The position numbers and the translations under genes are program-made. 64,000 nucleotides of DNA from an uncultured Candidatus Saccharibacteria bacterium (GTDB lineage Bacteria; Patescibacteriota; Doudnabacteria; UBA920): contig CAZKVS010000004.1 of assembly GCA_964556325.1 (NCBI GenBank), positions 2,439 through 66,438 of the forward strand, written 5' to 3'. Shown in pieces: positions 9,307 through 19,870 of this stretch (its first letter is position 1; the number at the start of each line of letters is the position of its first letter). The notes under the pieces were generated by a model. That model ran no database searches. It was not told the DNA's origin and saw only the letters and a list, made by a program, of their open reading frames with translations.

Positions 9307-11553
9307 TTATATCAATTTATCTTGCTCCACGCTCAACAGGCGCTCGCACACCTGCGCTTCAGCTTCTAACAACGCCATAGATACTTCAAACTTCTGTGCA
9401 GTTTTCCCGAAAGGTCGAAGGCTTTGTACAAACCCCAAAGCTTGAAACGTTAAATTCGCCTCATCAACCGAGTTAAAAAACTTCTGCGCCAATGCAACAG
9501 TAAACGGATGACTCATATCAGTATTAGGTAAACCCACATATACGACACGTTTTGCATCTAGCTTCAAAGCATTAAAACCAGCAAGAGCCGCATGCGCAAT
9601 CAAAACTATTGATTTAGTGCTAAAAGCAAAATTGCGCAATACCTTATTGACACCTCCATGAACCCCAACTGCTATAATAGCCTGCTTTTGCGAGAAGCGA
9701 GCATAGTACGCATCGTAATACGCCTTTAGCGTACGCTGGTCGGGAAATACATAATACGCTAATTCACCCGTCATTGATTGCAATAACGCTGCACCCCTCT
9801 CAGCTTCGCTGGTATACACCGCCACTGTGGGATTCACCACAAGCGGAGTACTTATGGAAGCCATTAAAACAGGAGGGGTCGTACCCATGGAAACCCTTTC
9901 AGCTATATACCTCAAACACTGCCCACTTCGCACATCGGTTGTGTACACGATCTTGCGAGCACCACGCAATATATTCTGCTGAGTGAGCGCAAGGTTGAGT
10001 GGTCGACTAATAAATACACACCGACCGTCACCAATTTCTATCCACCTCAATTCATCTATTGGGGTTTCTCTCTGAAAAAACGTTTCAACGTTCTGCACTA
10101 TTCTTGTAAAATTTTTATCGCTTGCGAGAGCGGAGAGTCTTCCGAGGCGCTGTGCGTAGTTGTTGCCAGCCTGTATAAGCTGATTTTCTACAAAAGGACT
10201 TACATCTGCCTGAGCAACTATGCCCTGCGCTACACCATGGTGTTTTTTGAGCAATAACAACACAGACGCGTAAAACAGATCTGTAGCCACTACCGCCTCT
10301 TGCAACTCTATTGCCTTACTCACATCTCCAAAGCCCGTTTCCGGATTATAAATTTGACGCAATTGATGGATAATACCCTGCCAACTCAACATGTGCCCAC
10401 TTTGCTGCTCAACCCATTGGATGTACTTATCAGTTTCACAGATCCATATGGATTTACCTGGAGGGATGCCTGCAATGCTTCTGTAATCTACGACTACTAC
10501 TCCTGCAGCTTGCGGAAAAGGACGGACTTCAGAAAAGCGCTTCTTAAAATCTACCCCAAGCAAAGACCAATTAATTTCAGCCAGCAAGGGCGTAGCCGTA
10601 GTCTGATTTGCTTGCCAAACAAGGATTTTTAGTAACGCCAGCACCTCACGTTCATGCAAAGCACCCACCGATGACTCCGCCTGCTCAATCGCTTGGCTAG
10701 AAACTGCTTCAGCAATACCTAAAAATGGAGTAGCGTAACCCTTTTTTGCCACCTCCAGCACTTGTTCCCTACTGGAGAGTGCCACTACCCAAGCCTCGCG
10801 ATCATCAGCAAGCGCTTTCCAAGGCACCTCAAACGCATTATGAACCGAAAACACAGATGACGCGGTTTCAAAAATAGGCAATGTCTCCTCGGAAATACCT
10901 ATATGTCCGACTTCTTCGAGTTGCGTGAACACTACACCGTCTAATTGCTCCGCATAGGTATCGGTGAAAAAAATTGCCCACGCATACCCTCGTTGTTGCG
11001 CAATTTTCGCCACTCGCGTTCGAGTGCCTTCTGCCAAAGACCAAAATATAGCCACTAACGCACGTAAAACCCCCACCGTAGCTTGTGCATCGGACAACGC
11101 CCGATGAGCGGAACCATGATGAATGGCCAGAGCGTGCGAAAGATTCTCTAAATTATAACTATGGTACGTAGGTAAGAAAATCTGGGCCAACTCCAACGTA
11201 TCGAGTACACCAACTTTCACTTCAACCCCAAAACCTTCCAAAAATCGCTTGTCCAAACCAACCCCGTGCCCCACAAGCATTGTTCCACGCAATAAAGCCT
11301 GAACCTCAGGAAGTACTTGTTCTTTTGAAGGGGCGGACTGTAAATCGAATTCTGTAATTCCAGTCAGACCTTGAATACGAGCATGTAAAGTAGCTTTCGG
11401 TTTAATGAGGCTATCCCACTCCTTAAGAACTACCATCTTACCCGACTGTATCTCAAACAAAACAATACCAATTTCAACAACCTCATCCACTAGAGGATCA
11501 AAACCGGTGAGCTCTAAGTCCACGCTAGCATATAAGGTTTTTTCTTGTTTCAT
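9307..11553 (-). CDS. DEDDh 3'-5' exonuclease fused to a degenerate DinG-like helicase region
   Basis: VDLELTG, GHGVGLD, LDTLELA and HRALSDA exonuclease motifs; the remainder has DinG-like length but no Walker A. Confidence 0.7.
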   Translation of the reverse strand: MKQEKTLYASVDLELTGFDPLVDEVVEIGIVLFEIQSGKMVVLKEWDSLIKPKATLHARIQGLTGITEFDLQSAPSKEQVLPEVQALLRGTMLVGHGVGLDKRFLEGFGVEVKVGVLDTLELAQIFLPTYHSYNLENLSHALAIHHGSAHRALSDAQATVGVLRALVAIFWSLAEGTRTRVAKIAQQRGYAWAIFFTDTYAEQLDGVVFTQLEEVGHIGISEETLPIFETASSVFSVHNAFEVPWKALADDREAWVVALSSREQVLEVAKKGYATPFLGIAEAVSSQAIEQAESSVGALHEREVLALLKILVWQANQTTATPLLAEINWSLLGVDFKKRFSEVRPFPQAAGVVVVDYRSIAGIPPGKSIWICETDKYIQWVEQQSGHMLSWQGIIHQLRQIYNPETGFGDVSKAIELQEAVVATDLFYASVLLLLKKHHGVAQGIVAQADVSPFVENQLIQAGNNYAQRLGRLSALASDKNFTRIVQNVETFFQRETPIDELRWIEIGDGRCVFISRPLNLALTQQNILRGARKIVYTTDVRSGQCLRYIAERVSMGTTPPVLMASISTPLVVNPTVAVYTSEAERGAALLQSMTGELAYYVFPDQRTLKAYYDAYYARFSQKQAIIAVGVHGGVNKVLRNFAFSTKSIVLIAHAALAGFNALKLDAKRVVYVGLPNTDMSHPFTVALAQKFFNSVDEANLTFQALGFVQSLRPFGKTAQKFEVSMALLEAEAQVCERLLSVEQDKLI

Positions 11554-11636
11554 ATACAGTATTGTACCGGTACTCCCATTAACCTGGCAAACTAAAGCAC
11601 TCTCCTAATGGAGAGTGCTTAAAAAAGACAAAAATG

Positions 11637-12704
11637 CTATTCAACGTCTGCAGACTCAGGAACCAATGCGACCCCATTCTTCGCCTGCTCTCGAACCGCC
11701 GCTACCACCTTTTGCAACACGGTAGGATTTTCTTTTAAGAAGTTTTTGGCGTTCTCTCGACCAACGCCAAGTTTTACGTCTTCGAATAGATATGTATTAC
11801 CATTTTTCTGTAAAGCGCCTAACAGCACTCCCGTATCCAGCGCGTCACCGGCGGTAGAGATTCCCCAATTACCAGGCTGATACATAACGTCAAATTCAGC
11901 GACTTTAAAGGGCGCCGCGACTTTGTTTTTAACGACTTTTACTTTTACCCTATTTCCTACCACAACCTCACCACTTTTAATCTGCGCTATCCTTCTTACA
12001 TCCATTCTAATAGACGCATAAAATTTGAGCGCATTTCCACCAGTCGTCGTTTCTGGATTCCCAAACATCACCCCAATTTTCATACGTATTTGGTTTATAA
12101 ATATGACAGTGGTTTTAGATTTGGAAATAATACCCGTAAGTTTCCGCAACGCCTGACTCATAAGCCTCGCTTGCAAGCCCATATGGCTATCACCCATCTC
12201 TCCTTCAATTTCTGCCCGGGGGGTCAGGGCAGCTACAGAATCCACCACTATCAAATCCACTGCGCTACTTCTCACTAACGTTTCAACGATATCAAGCGCT
12301 TGCTCTCCCGAGTCAGGTTGGGATACAAGCAAATCGTTTACATTTACTCCTAAATTACGGGCAAACTCCGGATCAAGAGCATGCTCCGCGTCTATAAAAG
12401 CAGCTAAACCACCTTCCTTTTGCGCTTCTGCAATCATATGCAACGTTAAAGTAGTTTTCCCAGAACTTTCAGGACCATACACCTCAATAATCCTCCCGCG
12501 GGGAATTCCACCCACCCCAAGGGCCAAATCCAAACTAATACTCCCCGTTGGATAGCTTTCTACATTTAACGCTCGGGAATCTGAGAGCTTCATAATACTC
12601 CCTTCACCAAACTTATCTCGAATTTGATCAAGGGCACTTTCTACAGCTTTTACCCGGCCACCCGCAGGAGCGGAGCCCACTTTGGGTTTAGTTGCTTTAG
12701 GCAT
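11637..12704 (-). CDS. recA: Recombinase A
   Basis: [48 protein letters not shown]. Confidence 0.98.
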   Translation of the reverse strand: MPKATKPKVGSAPAGGRVKAVESALDQIRDKFGEGSIMKLSDSRALNVESYPTGSISLDLALGVGGIPRGRIIEVYGPESSGKTTLTLHMIAEAQKEGGLAAFIDAEHALDPEFARNLGVNVNDLLVSQPDSGEQALDIVETLVRSSAVDLIVVDSVAALTPRAEIEGEMGDSHMGLQARLMSQALRKLTGIISKSKTTVIFINQIRMKIGVMFGNPETTTGGNALKFYASIRMDVRRIAQIKSGEVVVGNRVKVKVVKNKVAAPFKVAEFDVMYQPGNWGISTAGDALDTGVLLGALQKNGNTYLFEDVKLGVGRENAKNFLKENPTVLQKVVAAVREQAKNGVALVPESADVE

Positions 12705-12732
12705 AGATTATTCCTTTCAAAAAAATTTAATA

Positions 12733-13686
12733 TTATTTAGTAATCATGGACGAATGTCCTTGTATCAAACCAGAAAACGGAATATCGGTCAAAACCTCTC
12801 CTACTTTACCAAGCTGGCCAATATCGCGACCATTTAACCGCACACGGGTACCCCCTGCATTATTTGTAGTCAAAAGAATGCGATCGTTTGCAGCGAAATA
12901 TGACTCTCCGGGCACTACAGGCAAAGTCCTACCTGCGAGCAGCACAAAAGCATCTACCCCACTCTCAACCGTTACCCCCAATACGACTGAAGGAACAGAA
13001 GGTCCAGAACCAAATTTAGCCGCCGGATTATCTGATACCAAGAAAGTAATAGTCTGTTTGTTGGCCTTACCAAACCTACTACGCGCCATTACCTGCAAAG
13101 TCTGAGCGCCTGATAAAAAGCTGATTGTTCCGGAGAAAGTACCATCACTCCCAGCAAACACTGTCTGGTTATTAAACGAAACTTCACTTCCAGGACTTGC
13201 CTTCCCAGCAACATCTACCATACCGGTTGGGTATACGTCCCCTGGCACAGGCTTGTGTACGACCAAATCCGGCACCCCACCTACCATCCATATTTGAAAA
13301 GCCAAAAAAAGCAGCAAGACAAGCACGCAGGCAAGCCCCCCCAAGAAAGCAACCCGTTTAGTTATACCCCCAACAAGCACTACCGCCCAACCCTCATTCT
13401 GTAAATGAGCCGCTCGCTCCATACAAAGCACTCGTTCTCTATTAAACTGGGAAATTAGCTCAGATGACTCTACAGCGTACAATTGGGCCAGCGACTTTAA
13501 GAAGCCAGCCACATATACTGGCTCCGGCAGTGAAGTAAAATCACCCGTTTCCAAGGCTTGCAAATACTTAGGAATAATGCCGGTACGTTCAGCCGCTTCT
13601 TCAAACGAAAAACCAAGCTCTGCCCGTATAGCACGCAAGTATTCACCCAATGTTTCAGAAGATAATTTTTTTATCTCAAATTCCAT
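12733..13686 (-). CDS. RodZ-like HTH_25 membrane protein with extracellular Ig-like domain
   Basis: LGEYLRAIR...YLQALETGDFTSLPEPVYVAGFLKSLAQ, one TM, C-terminal NAGGTRVRLNG. Confidence 0.75.
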   Translation of the reverse strand: MEFEIKKLSSETLGEYLRAIRAELGFSFEEAAERTGIIPKYLQALETGDFTSLPEPVYVAGFLKSLAQLYAVESSELISQFNRERVLCMERAAHLQNEGWAVVLVGGITKRVAFLGGLACVLVLLLFLAFQIWMVGGVPDLVVHKPVPGDVYPTGMVDVAGKASPGSEVSFNNQTVFAGSDGTFSGTISFLSGAQTLQVMARSRFGKANKQTITFLVSDNPAAKFGSGPSVPSVVLGVTVESGVDAFVLLAGRTLPVVPGESYFAANDRILLTTNNAGGTRVRLNGRDIGQLGKVGEVLTDIPFSGLIQGHSSMITK

Positions 13687-13729
13687 GCCAACCTCTGTTA
13701 ATCAAAGAACCAACTACGCACACCATGCG

Positions 13730-15940
13730 TTAGTTAAACCTGTCATAACCCGTACCCATCTCTTCTTCTTCACCACCCGCGGGCGTCTCTTGAGCTCCAT
13801 ACACTTCGCGCGGCTTCGCCCCTTCGCCTGGCCCCACAACCCCTCGCTCTTCCAATAAATCAAGGAGTCGAGCTGCTCGAGCATAACCAACTTTTAACCT
13901 CCGTTGCAGAAACGAAGCAGAAGCTTTACCAGCACGCAGAACCTCTTGCTGTGCCGCCTCTAATAAATCGTCTTCACTGTCACCACCTGCCTCAAAACCT
14001 GGAATTGAAAAACCTACTTTAGGCTTTTGCGTTACGTCGTCACTATATATTACTGCACCTGCTTGCTGCTTAAAGAAGTCAGTAACCTTGCGAACTTCTT
14101 TCTCCCCAATATACGAACCTTGTATACGCCTTGGTTTGTTTGATTCGGCAGATACAAATAACATATCTCCATTACCGAGCAACTGTTCTGCACCGCTCGA
14201 GTCCAAGATAGTCCGACTATCAATTTGGCTCGCCACTGCGAATGCAACCCGGGAAGTTATGTTTGCCTTAATCAAACCCGTAATAATATCCACACTTGGG
14301 CGCTGCGTCGCTAACACCAGGTGGATACCAACCGCGCGAGCCATCTGGGCCAACCGAACAATCGCAGCTTCAATATCCGCCTGAGCCACCGCCATCAAAT
14401 CCGCCAACTCATCTACCACAATTACAATGTAGGATAATGCCAAGGGAGCAACACTATTGTACTCAGCTATGTTGCGCTTTTGCGCTTCAGCAAGAAGCTT
14501 ATATCTACGGTCCATCTCGCTTACCGCCCACTTAAGCGCATTGACCGCTTTATCAGGTTCAACTATGGGAGGGGTAAGTAAATGTGGTATACCGTTATAC
14601 AAAGTCATTTCCACGCGCTTCGGATCCACCATAATTAACTTAACATCTTGTGGAGTATTTCTATACAACAAACTAATTATGAGCGCATTCAAGGCAACGC
14701 TCTTGCCAGTACCAGTAGATCCAGCAATGAGCAAATGAGGCATTTTTGCAATATCAGTAATCTGCGCCTTGCCAGCGACATCTCTTCCAAGAGCAAACGC
14801 TAGCCGACTTGGGTGATTAATAAAATCGCTTGTTTGCAACACCTCTCTCAAACTTACAATACGACTTGATTTATTCGGAACTTCAATACCCACCAAAGCC
14901 TTTCCAGGTATGGGCAGCTCCATCCGAATAGCATGAGCAGCAAGAGCCAAGGCTAAGTCACTTTTCAAACCGGCTATCTGAGAAAGTTTTACTCCTGTAT
15001 TTGGACGTAACGTATACTGTGTAACTGTTGGGCCCACATTTACCTCTCCCATCTCCACTTCTATGCCAAAATCAGCTAAGGTTTTATGAATAATAGCTAT
15101 ATTGGCCTCGATATTCCCACTGTCGACAGAAGTTTTGTGGTCGTCAAGCAAATCAAATGGGGGTAATTTCCAATCCTTCCGCTCCTCCAACACGACTGCG
15201 TCTGGCAATTTAATATCAGCTACGCCCTTGTTAGTATTTACCACTGGCATCGTCTTCACGGCTTGTTTAGCTGGAGTCATTGCCGCCGTCTCTACCGGCA
15301 CTTGAACAAAATCAGCGCTGCCGGGGCTGTTTATTTTTATAGGCGCAACCTGAGGCTGAACGCCTGCAGGCATCACAGGCTGGGTTCGGCTTTTTATGAA
15401 AAGAGGAATATTGAGAAGAACGAGTACGCCCGATATCAAACACGCCACTAAAACCAAGGTAGCAGCGGAAAAACCGAGCAACGAATAGAGAGGGGTCGCA
15501 ATCATCCAACCAAGCAAACCAGCGCCTCCGCCCAGTAACGCAAGGTCTAGGAAAGGCTGGTTTGCCATATATTGAGCAATCCCGTGCCACAATCCAACTA
15601 GCGCCAAGAAACTCAATAAAGCACCCAGAACAGTTCGCTTACCCCATCCTAGTTCACTCAAGGTCGAAGCTCGTGGCCACCCTAATAATATAGCGAGCAA
15701 TAAGAGACCAATAGGCACTAAATAACCAAAAAAGCCAAATAATATAAATAAAAATTTGGACCAGTATTCACCTACTACACCTGCTGCATCCAATAAACTC
15801 ATGCCAGACAGGGCGACCAAAACCAGCAAACCAATAACCATAAGAGCTCGCCTCGTATCGTCACTCAAATGGACGTGAAATAGACTAAAAAGGCTACGGG
15901 TTGATTTTTTCTTTGTTTCTTCTTTCTTCTTTTTTGCCAT
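13730..15940 (-). CDS. ftsK: DNA translocase FtsK/SpoIIIE (ORF extends to 16030; likely start MAKKKK)
   Basis: N-terminal TMs, PHLLIAGSTGTGKS, IVVDELADLM, ATQRPS, gamma domain LQRRLKVGYARAARL. Confidence 0.95.
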   Translation of the reverse strand: MAKKKKEETKKKSTRSLFSLFHVHLSDDTRRALMVIGLLVLVALSGMSLLDAAGVVGEYWSKFLFILFGFFGYLVPIGLLLLAILLGWPRASTLSELGWGKRTVLGALLSFLALVGLWHGIAQYMANQPFLDLALLGGGAGLLGWMIATPLYSLLGFSAATLVLVACLISGVLVLLNIPLFIKSRTQPVMPAGVQPQVAPIKINSPGSADFVQVPVETAAMTPAKQAVKTMPVVNTNKGVADIKLPDAVVLEERKDWKLPPFDLLDDHKTSVDSGNIEANIAIIHKTLADFGIEVEMGEVNVGPTVTQYTLRPNTGVKLSQIAGLKSDLALALAAHAIRMELPIPGKALVGIEVPNKSSRIVSLREVLQTSDFINHPSRLAFALGRDVAGKAQITDIAKMPHLLIAGSTGTGKSVALNALIISLLYRNTPQDVKLIMVDPKRVEMTLYNGIPHLLTPPIVEPDKAVNALKWAVSEMDRRYKLLAEAQKRNIAEYNSVAPLALSYIVIVVDELADLMAVAQADIEAAIVRLAQMARAVGIHLVLATQRPSVDIITGLIKANITSRVAFAVASQIDSRTILDSSGAEQLLGNGDMLFVSAESNKPRRIQGSYIGEKEVRKVTDFFKQQAGAVIYSDDVTQKPKVGFSIPGFEAGGDSEDDLLEAAQQEVLRAGKASASFLQRRLKVGYARAARLLDLLEERGVVGPGEGAKPREVYGAQETPAGGEEEEMGTGYDRFN

Positions 15941-16039
15941 GCAAATTACACTTAGGAGACTAATATGATTGTAGCATGGTAGAAAACCTAAAAAAAGCAC
16001 CCCCCGCCAACGGCGGGGGGTGCTTACCATAGCTTAGTA

Positions 16040-16615
16040 CTATATTCCTTTGACTTTAATCTTCTTTGTCTTGGCTTTAGCTGCTTTTGGTACTACAACA
16101 GTTAGAATACCATCTTTTAAATCAGCCTCAATGTGTTCACTATCAATATCGACAGGCACAATCACGCTTCTGCTAAAGTTACCCCAGTAACACTCTTGGT
16201 AAAAATAATCGTCTTCAGACACCGTCTCTTCTCGCTTGCGAGCACCTTTTATGGTTACCATATCGTTTGCTACGGTAATATCCATATCTTCTGGCCTTAC
16301 ACCAGCAATAGTAGACTTAATAATGACATTATCTTTAGTTTGATACATGTCTATATTAAGTTGACCCTCAAAATCGGACAACCACTCTTCATGGTTTTGT
16401 TCCTGCACAGCAATTGGCTCCGCAGGAGCTGCAGGGGCAGCCTGAATAACTACTTCTTCTTCGGCAATCATATCTTCATCTTCCAAAAGTAAATCTGGGT
16501 CTGCCAACTCTTCCATTTCCTCATCTGTAGCAGCGACAGATGACTGGTTTGCCCCATCATCTACTAAATTGCCGCCCATAATTTTTCCAAAAAATGATCT
16601 GTCTTTCTTAGGCAT
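16040..16615 (-). CDS. Hsp20/alpha-crystallin small heat-shock protein with acidic N-terminus
   Basis: EGQLNIDMYQT...YFYQECYWGNFSRS...ADLKDGILTV. Confidence 0.88.
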   Translation of the reverse strand: MPKKDRSFFGKIMGGNLVDDGANQSSVAATDEEMEELADPDLLLEDEDMIAEEEVVIQAAPAAPAEPIAVQEQNHEEWLSDFEGQLNIDMYQTKDNVIIKSTIAGVRPEDMDITVANDMVTIKGARKREETVSEDDYFYQECYWGNFSRSVIVPVDIDSEHIEADLKDGILTVVVPKAAKAKTKKIKVKGI

Positions 16616-16700
16616 ACACACGTCACTAGTTAAATCTGTTGTTTCCATCTTAGCCCATGTACCAAAAGCCGTCAAACCATACAATAAAGCTTAAGCAAGA

Positions 16701-17849
16701 CTAATTTACATGAAACAAACCTGCCAGAAACCCCCCTATGTGAGAAAGCTGGGCAGGCACTAACACCTGAAGAAAATCTGAACGAGTTGCATTATTTTGG
16801 CTTGAACCCAATAGCATGGCAGCTACGCGAGCGCTCCACTCCTCGTGTGGAACATGCACTAACGAAGTTACATATCCGCCCGCCTCTAAATACAAAAGGT
16901 TTAAATCTTCTTGTCCGGGTAACGTATGGGTAACTACCAGGGGTAAACCGAACTGCCCGGCTTCCGCTACACTCAGTCCTCCGGGCTTCGTCATAAACAC
17001 GTCTGCAATTTGATACAAGTCAGACATGGGATCGTAAAACGAAACTGGTATGAGCCATGACCGACTTTTGGAAGCTTCTTGCAACTCAGCCAATACTTCT
17101 ACACTGCGACCACACGCAACGACAACTCGCACATCTACCTGTTCCTGGGAGAGACGAGCAACGACATCCTCGCACAGTTTCAACAAATCCTTTGGCAGCC
17201 TTACACCCAAGCTCCCACTTCCAATCAAAAGCACCCGTGCCTCCAGCGGAATGGAAAACTGCTGTCGAAGATCAGCTCGCCGTTCCAGCGGCAGCGGAGG
17301 CAGTGCAAACCCAACTCGGAAAATTCGCTCTGGGGATACTCCCAAGCGTGCCAAATTCTCCGCTTGCGAATCTATGTTCGTTAAATAAAAATCTGCTCGC
17401 GGATACACCCATCCTCGATGAAAATGATAGTCGCTAAATGCAACACCCCACATACCGGTATATCGCCGCGCTTTTTTTAAAACACTCAACACTGCGGACG
17501 GAGAAGTTTGAGTCGTGAGCACAACATCGGGTGCTACCTCAGTGATTATTTTTTCAATTTCTGTTTTCTGAAGCCACGCCACTGGTAATCGCAATGGCAT
17601 CATGGTAAACCAAAAGCCCCAGAGGTACAAAAATTTCCAAAGCCAAGGCGCGTGCGTATTAACCCATACGTGTACTCGTAAAAAATATTTTACCGCTGGG
17701 CTCGGGTTTGATTTCAACACTTCGCGAAGTTCTATCTGCGCCCCCGCCTGTGCTAGCCAGTAACTAATATTTTCTGCAATACGCTTATGCCCAATAGTAT
17801 GAGCAGTATAGAGTACCAAAATTTTTTTACCGAGCAATGCTTTCTCCAT
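16701..17849 (-). CDS. MGDG-synthase/UgtP-like GT28 glycosyltransferase
   Basis: GH motif, SDYHFHRGW, TKPGGLSVAEA, PGQEDLN. Confidence 0.82.
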   Translation of the reverse strand: MEKALLGKKILVLYTAHTIGHKRIAENISYWLAQAGAQIELREVLKSNPSPAVKYFLRVHVWVNTHAPWLWKFLYLWGFWFTMMPLRLPVAWLQKTEIEKIITEVAPDVVLTTQTSPSAVLSVLKKARRYTGMWGVAFSDYHFHRGWVYPRADFYLTNIDSQAENLARLGVSPERIFRVGFALPPLPLERRADLRQQFSIPLEARVLLIGSGSLGVRLPKDLLKLCEDVVARLSQEQVDVRVVVACGRSVEVLAELQEASKSRSWLIPVSFYDPMSDLYQIADVFMTKPGGLSVAEAGQFGLPLVVTHTLPGQEDLNLLYLEAGGYVTSLVHVPHEEWSARVAAMLLGSSQNNATRSDFLQVLVPAQLSHIGGFLAGLFHVN

Positions 17850-18615
17850 GTGTATGTTGTTCTAAAAATAATTTTCTTTGCACCAGCTCTCGCACAATCA
17901 AATCCAAAGTTTTTGTTCGACGCGGTAGCATACTCATATCTTCTCGTTCCGCATCTCGTTGCACAGAAGGATAGCTAAAGTCTATCACCACCTCTCCAAA
18001 TTTTAAACCCGCATACTTGCAATCGACGAGCGGACTATAGACACAATCCCACGCGTCGCTCACCTGCTGTGTGCCTGGATAGTTTAAAAAATAACTTGCA
18101 GCTCTTTTATTCAAAACACGTGGTCCAAAAAAATAATCAAACTCTTGGCCAAGCACAGTGCTACACATAGCGTTACCAGTCGCCTCCCACGATACTTGCC
18201 ATGATGGATAGCTGGCCATATCTGCCCGTCGGGGAATAATCAAATCAGCAGCACCTTCCAAAACCGGCTGCGTGATTATTTTCAAGAACTTTCCGATTTC
18301 TATTTTCTCCGGCTCCGACCACACCAAAGCACTTGGACCCTCCTCGGGTACCAATGCAAGAGCCGCACTCAGTGCGGCTCTTCGGGTAGCTCCCGTATTT
18401 TGATTTTCCATTTGCATAGTCTGCACACCTGTCTGCCTTGCTAAGGGTTCGGATAATGAGTCAGTGACCACGACCACGTGAGGAGTCACACTTCGAACGC
18501 TTCGTAAAAATTCTTGGGCGCACATTATGCGGGCCTTAAAAACATTTTCTGACATTTGCGCACGCACTGCACTCGGCTGCCAGGCGGTAAAAACTGCTAC
18601 AGGAAAAGTTTCCAT
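17827..18615 (-). CDS. Hypothetical protein, possibly GT-A-fold glycosyltransferase-like
   Basis: Long ORF in operon; EPEK...ADLIIPRR...DYFFGPR pattern. Confidence 0.5.
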   Translation of the reverse strand: METFPVAVFTAWQPSAVRAQMSENVFKARIMCAQEFLRSVRSVTPHVVVVTDSLSEPLARQTGVQTMQMENQNTGATRRAALSAALALVPEEGPSALVWSEPEKIEIGKFLKIITQPVLEGAADLIIPRRADMASYPSWQVSWEATGNAMCSTVLGQEFDYFFGPRVLNKRAASYFLNYPGTQQVSDAWDCVYSPLVDCKYAGLKFGEVVIDFSYPSVQRDAEREDMSMLPRRTKTLDLIVRELVQRKLFLEQHTHGESIAR

Positions 18616-18621
18616 ATACTT

Positions 18622-19455
18622 TTATATCGCGGAATGTTGTTTTAAAAATTCTACTACCGTAGAGCTTACGATAGACCATGCTAAATTCAAAAATTGTGGC
18701 GCAGTCCCTTCGCCTACTCGGGGATTGAAACCTGTTGGGTATGGCTGGACAAAACTCTGCACTGCCACAACCTCTCCCGCAGCATTCAGCACTGGTGCGC
18801 CAGATGTGCTTCTGAGGGCACCTCCGGTGGTCTCCATAAACCGAACCGCGGCGCTCTCCTGGGCTTTAGAGTTTATGAATCGAGTCACCATTCCGTCAAG
18901 CGGCAACTGCGGTACCGGCAGGCTACTTGCCTCTAACACAATCACGCCCTCTTCCACTCGGGTCGGCAAATAATAAAATGCCTGACCGAGCTTACACACA
19001 GAGTCTCCTGGGTTGCACTCTTCACCTGCGAATTTAGGTGAAGTTACTACACCCAAGTCAGCTATGTTGGATACTTTTAAGAGGGCCAAATCCACGGAAG
19101 CGTGCTCATATACTTGTTCCACGGCCAGTTTCACTTCCCCAACTCGAAATTCATGAGCTACAATCCATTGTTTTTGAGGGGCAAGTTTGCCTAGCTTTTT
19201 TCTTTTCTGTTTATCATTCAAAACAGACTCTTGTTCTATCAAAAGTCGCTCGGCCTCGTAGGCCTTAAGTTCATGGTCGTGAATCTCCGCTACCCGTTTC
19301 ACCTCAACGCTGGACGCCGCAACCAACACATATCCTGTTTGCCCCAACACGATTGCCGTACTACATGTGCTTTCAGCTTCTCCGTCGAAGTACCGTATGG
19401 ACGTGATAAACGGTTTCGTAAATTCACTCGCATTCTTGATTGCCGTGCTAAACAT
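18622..19455 (-). CDS. Trypsin-like peptidase domain protein, probably catalytically degenerate
   Basis: DLALLKV and TSGAPVLNAAGEVVAV motifs; the expected His region reads VAASSV. Confidence 0.6.
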   Translation of the reverse strand: MFSTAIKNASEFTKPFITSIRYFDGEAESTCSTAIVLGQTGYVLVAASSVEVKRVAEIHDHELKAYEAERLLIEQESVLNDKQKRKKLGKLAPQKQWIVAHEFRVGEVKLAVEQVYEHASVDLALLKVSNIADLGVVTSPKFAGEECNPGDSVCKLGQAFYYLPTRVEEGVIVLEASSLPVPQLPLDGMVTRFINSKAQESAAVRFMETTGGALRSTSGAPVLNAAGEVVAVQSFVQPYPTGFNPRVGEGTAPQFLNLAWSIVSSTVVEFLKQHSAI

Positions 19456-19658
19456 ATATTATTACTTTCTGGTTAGTTACTAAAAAAGCGGACAAACCGC
19501 TCACCTTTAAAATTGTGTTTTGGTGGAACACTACGATAGAGTTCCATGAACCAATCGCCACGCACTGACGTGACAGCTGGCGAAGAAAGGTGGCGGACCC
19601 GCTCAGCGGGTCCATCGCCACGCTTAGCGTGGCTGAGCCACGTCGTTCGAGAACGACG

Positions 19659-19748
19659 TGGCGGAGAGGGAGGGATTCGAACCCTCGGCACCCTTGCGAG
19701 CACAACGGTTTTCGAGACCGTCCCATTCGACCACTCTGGCACCTCTCC
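19659..19748 (-). tRNA. tRNA-Ser(CGA)
   Basis: Cloverleaf with anticodon arm ACGGT-CTCGAAA-ACCGT, long variable arm, CCA. Confidence 0.93.
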
Positions 19749-19870
19749 TTATTTCTCAGTTCGCGTTTTGTGTGTATGCCTGTGCCTAGAACTAACCCAA
19801 CTCGACGACGAGCTACCGTGCAACAGGATGTGCAACGCGTATGTACTATACCGACAAACTACGGTGCGAG

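Noticed and set aside
9030-9380. 116-aa plus-strand ORF
   Set aside because: TTG start, AT-rich low-complexity translation, and overlap with a promoter and the exonuclease gene end
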